From: Iphione sp. A-MEVVRFRX5
Taxonomy: Eukaryota
Assembly (NCBI GenBank): GCA_976226885.1
Contig: OZ320313.1
Coordinates: 71,300,001 to 71,364,000 of the forward strand
Direction: 5' to 3'
DNA length: 64,000 nt
Position numbers and translations under genes: made by a program. Below, one piece after another: positions 60,984 to 64,000 of the stretch (its first letter is position 1; each line of letters opens with the position of its first letter). The notes below the pieces were generated by a model. That model was not told where the DNA came from. It ran no database searches and saw only the letters and a program-made list of their open reading frames with translations.

Positions 60984-63320
60984 TCACTTCCTTACCGGTT
61001 GTGGCTGCTGCTGCATTTTGGGTTGTGGCTGTTGGGTTTGTTGCTGGTATGGCTGGGCCGCCACACCCTGCTGGCGATAGAACAGAATCTGTCTGGCCAC
61101 ACCGCTGTTGTTGTGACCACATCCTCGGTAGCCGCCCCGACCCCTGCCCTTGCTCCGCCCGCTCCGGGAGTTTTTTGTCCTCCCCGACGAAGCAGCAAAG
61201 GCTGGCTTCTCCAATTGGCCTAGCAAGGCCGAATTCTTTTTCACCTGCTTAACCTTTCCAAGGAGGTCATCCCCGAAAAGGAAGCGAGGTGAAGGAGGGC
61301 AATCCTCTGACATGAGCCTCTTGAAGGCCAGAGGCAAGGACGGCTTGACCTGATCTCTTCTATGTTTAATCAGAGCCTGATGTGCAGACCCCAGCTGCAC
61401 TAAAGTATCTATCAGAGCGTCCTGAGCGGTCTTGGCCTAAGTGTGTTGCTCTGACATGGGTGCCACCTGCTCAAGGGCCCTACACCCGGCAATCATGCCA
61501 CGCGTGATGTTGCCGCCTATACACTGAAGTGTACTCTCTGCAGTCTGATGTTCCTTATCCCGGAGGTTCAAGAACAGAATATCGTTTAACCTACACACCT
61601 GAAGGTGGTCGGCCCCCTCCAGCATCAAGTACCTCTTGTGGACATCAGACAGATAGTCCGGTCTGAATGGGTCTACCAGCTTCACCGAACAATCATAGAT
61701 CGCCGGTTGAAGTGGTGGCCCCAAATCAGGCCGAGCTTCGGTTCGAGAACGGAGCGATCCTGAACCGTCGTCCAGATCAAGCTCCTCCTCCTCTTCCTCA
61801 TCCCAACCTCTTGCTCCGAGGCAGGATGTTGTTGCTGCAGCCATTGCTGCTGCTGCAGCAGCTGCTGCTCATGTTGCTGCTGCTGCTGATGCCAATACTG
61901 CTGCTGCTGTTGCAGCATTGAGCTCAACAAGTGCATAGTATATTCCTGCTACTGTTTCTGCTGAGACTGTAGGACCACCTGCAGGTGCGCCTGAGACGAC
62001 GCCTGGAGTTGGGCCATCATGGTCTGTCGCAGGGGCCGTTGCCGGCAGCGTAACAGCAGGAGGCACCACAGCTAGCACAACTGGTGGAACCACAGATTGC
62101 ACAGACACGTCCCCAACTGACACTGCAGCAGCCTGCTGCCTGACCACAGTGGCTGGCAAAGCAGAAGAGGAAGGAACTATTCTCGGGGCTGGCACCGACT
62201 CCATCAAACCTGTAAAGGTTTGATAAACGGTGGCTTGGGGTGGAGGCTGGAGTGCCTGCCCACACAACGACCCCCTGGAGACTCCCAAAGAGTCGCTAAG
62301 AGTATGCACACTGCGGACGGGTGTAAGGCACGGTAGAGTAGGCGACGAGACTATTGTCGCCCTGCCTCCCACTCCGCTAGGGGTCGGCACCCCCTGGACT
62401 TGTCGAGGCAAGCCAAGCCCCCAAGCTGAAACATACTGGCTAAATTTAGCATGGGGGTGCCTCTGTTGCGACACGGATGACAATAAGCTAGTCGATGGGA
62501 GGCCTGAGGGCTCCCCCCAACAGGCAAAGTCAAAGATGGCCCTAGGCCCGCAACTGCAGAGGCAGTGCCGGCAGTCTTCCCGGTGCATTCGGAAAATGGG
62601 AAATCGGCCAAACCAACCCCTAACGGATAGGCAGAAAGCAGTTTGCTCAGCACACCGGTGGAATTGCGAACACCCCCGCCGGTGGTAAGCGACAACGAGT
62701 TCGCTTCACCCAGCGCACCAGCGGGATCGCAAACGACCCCACCGGCAACAGGTGCACCGGTGGTCGACAGCGACAGCACACCGGTGGGACCGCAAACACC
62801 CCCGCCGGCGACACATGCACCGGTGGCCGACAGCGACGAGGTCACTTCGTCCAGTGCACCGGTGCATTTGCAAACCACCCTGCTGTCAGTGACAGCGAGG
62901 GGAGCACCGGCGGTCAACAGCAACAGCGCACCAGTGCATTCGCGAACCACCCTGCCGTCAGCGACAGCGAGGGGAGCACCGACGCGCACCGGTGCATTCA
63001 CGAACGACCCCGACCCCCCCTGTGACAACAGGTGCCACTTCTGGTACCCGAACGGGTGTTCGGGTGCCGGGGGCGGGCGTTCGGGTGCCGGGGGTGGGCG
63101 TTCGGGAGCCGGCAGTGGTTACTGACCCAAGGTGTACTAGGTGACCACAGGCAGCAGAAATCATGGCAGAACCAGCAGGAACAGAACTGAGGAAGCATTC
63201 TACCACCTCAGCACTGCTCTGTCTAGCCCTCTTAAAAGATCTACCCCCAGGGGAGGATCTTTTGGCTCTCTTTTGCTGCCTAGGCTGCTCAGATGACATG
63301 TCCATAATAGAAGAGGCCAA
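60984..63320 (-). pseudogene. DIRS1-type gag, fragmented, with repeat expansions
   Basis: RFLFGDDLLGKVKQV motif, an RG-rich and Q-rich C-terminus, a CAG/GCA-rich tract, and fragmented frames. Confidence 0.75.
62640..63115. repeat. GC-rich tandem repeats inside DIRS gag (60-75-bp units, plus 21-bp x3 at about 63052-63115)
   Basis: Recurring gcaccgg(t/c)g...acagc.acagcg and cgttcgggtgccggggg units. Confidence 0.7.
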
Positions 63321-64000
63321 ATCTATGATAACAACAAATCACAAACACAAAATCAACAAAGCAAAGTGAAAATACTCCTTTTGATGATCCTGATAAGGTA
63401 GAAAAGCAGAAAAGATAGAACAGTGACAGAACAGTTAGAATCCTAAGACAGGTCTGAACTGGGTGACTGCTAGACGAAAAGTGACAACAACCAAGATGGC
63501 TGACTGTGGTGGCGCCACTGGGCTGTATCTCAGGGAGACACCTAGTGTCCTATGCTGGTACTAAAGTCAGGTGCTAATGGTCAGACCACAGCATCAAATC
63601 AGAATTTGAGCTGACTTTGCGGTGTGTTCTCTCTACTCTACGTGCACAATTTGATCACAGCATGCAAAGGAAGTGAGCATCCTCGAGCCCAGCCTCTCAC
63701 TGTAGCTGAGGTCTCTGGTGAGCCGCCACGTTTGTCGTGGAGCACACTCCCACCTACATGACCAACGCTAGTAGCCCAACTCCCCACCCCCACCCCCTCT
63801 CTTCTAGTCAGCCCGTGGTAAACGCCGTCTGAGTAGGCGGCCTACGTAACTATAACTCAAAGGCCTGCTGCCATCCATCCATCAGCCTCCATTACCTTCC
63901 TGCGCTAGCTGAAAGCCTGGTTGCCATACAAAATCCAACTCCATACTTCTCCCACCCTGGAATTCGGCACTATGGGTTGCATCCACGGCTGTTTCTATGA

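Larger units (their letters stand above)
59168..63565 (-). mobile_element. DIRS1-type retrotransposon, degenerate (gag, RT remnant, RNase H, methyltransferase, YR)
   Basis: The 5' terminus TTTAGTACC at 63565 is shared with the other copies, and the domain order is typical of DIRS1. Most of RT is deleted. A possible eroded right ITR lies at about 59168-59194. Confidence 0.9.

Noticed and set aside
63600-64000. RPLSYSYVGRLLRRRL and LHDKRGG on the minus strand, faintly like a YR C-terminus
   Set aside because: The two pieces are in different frames and the HxxR motif is not intact; the next window would be needed.

Overview
Animal (non-vertebrate-looking, roughly 40% GC, intron-rich) genomic DNA with four N blocks. 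I found no prokaryotic genes, rRNA, tRNA or CRISPR arrays. Two host genes converge tail-to-tail. (1) On the + strand are 3' exons of core-binding factor beta (CBFB, the Runx partner) at 13642-13758 and 14556-14723; its 5' exons were not found in the window. (2) On the - strand is a 14-exon, 599-codon 3' part (57968 to 29332) of a type-I membrane receptor with the order CUB(partial)-CTLD-CUB-CTLD-TM-PPxY tail; its 5' end lies beyond the window. The rest is dominated by transposons. The best-preserved is a 4.6-kb, apparently intact and young tyrosine-recombinase retrotransposon of Ngaro type at 7383-12008. It has gag, RT/RNase H and YR ORFs and A1...B1A2-spacer-B2 split direct repeats. Three decayed DIRS1-type tyrosine-recombinase retrotransposons sit in introns of the lectin gene; the two larger ones carry complementary deletions. 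There are also L2/CR1-group LINE remnants, TA-flanked CAGT MITEs and small tandem repeats. All calls come from manual translation and alignment, without database searches.
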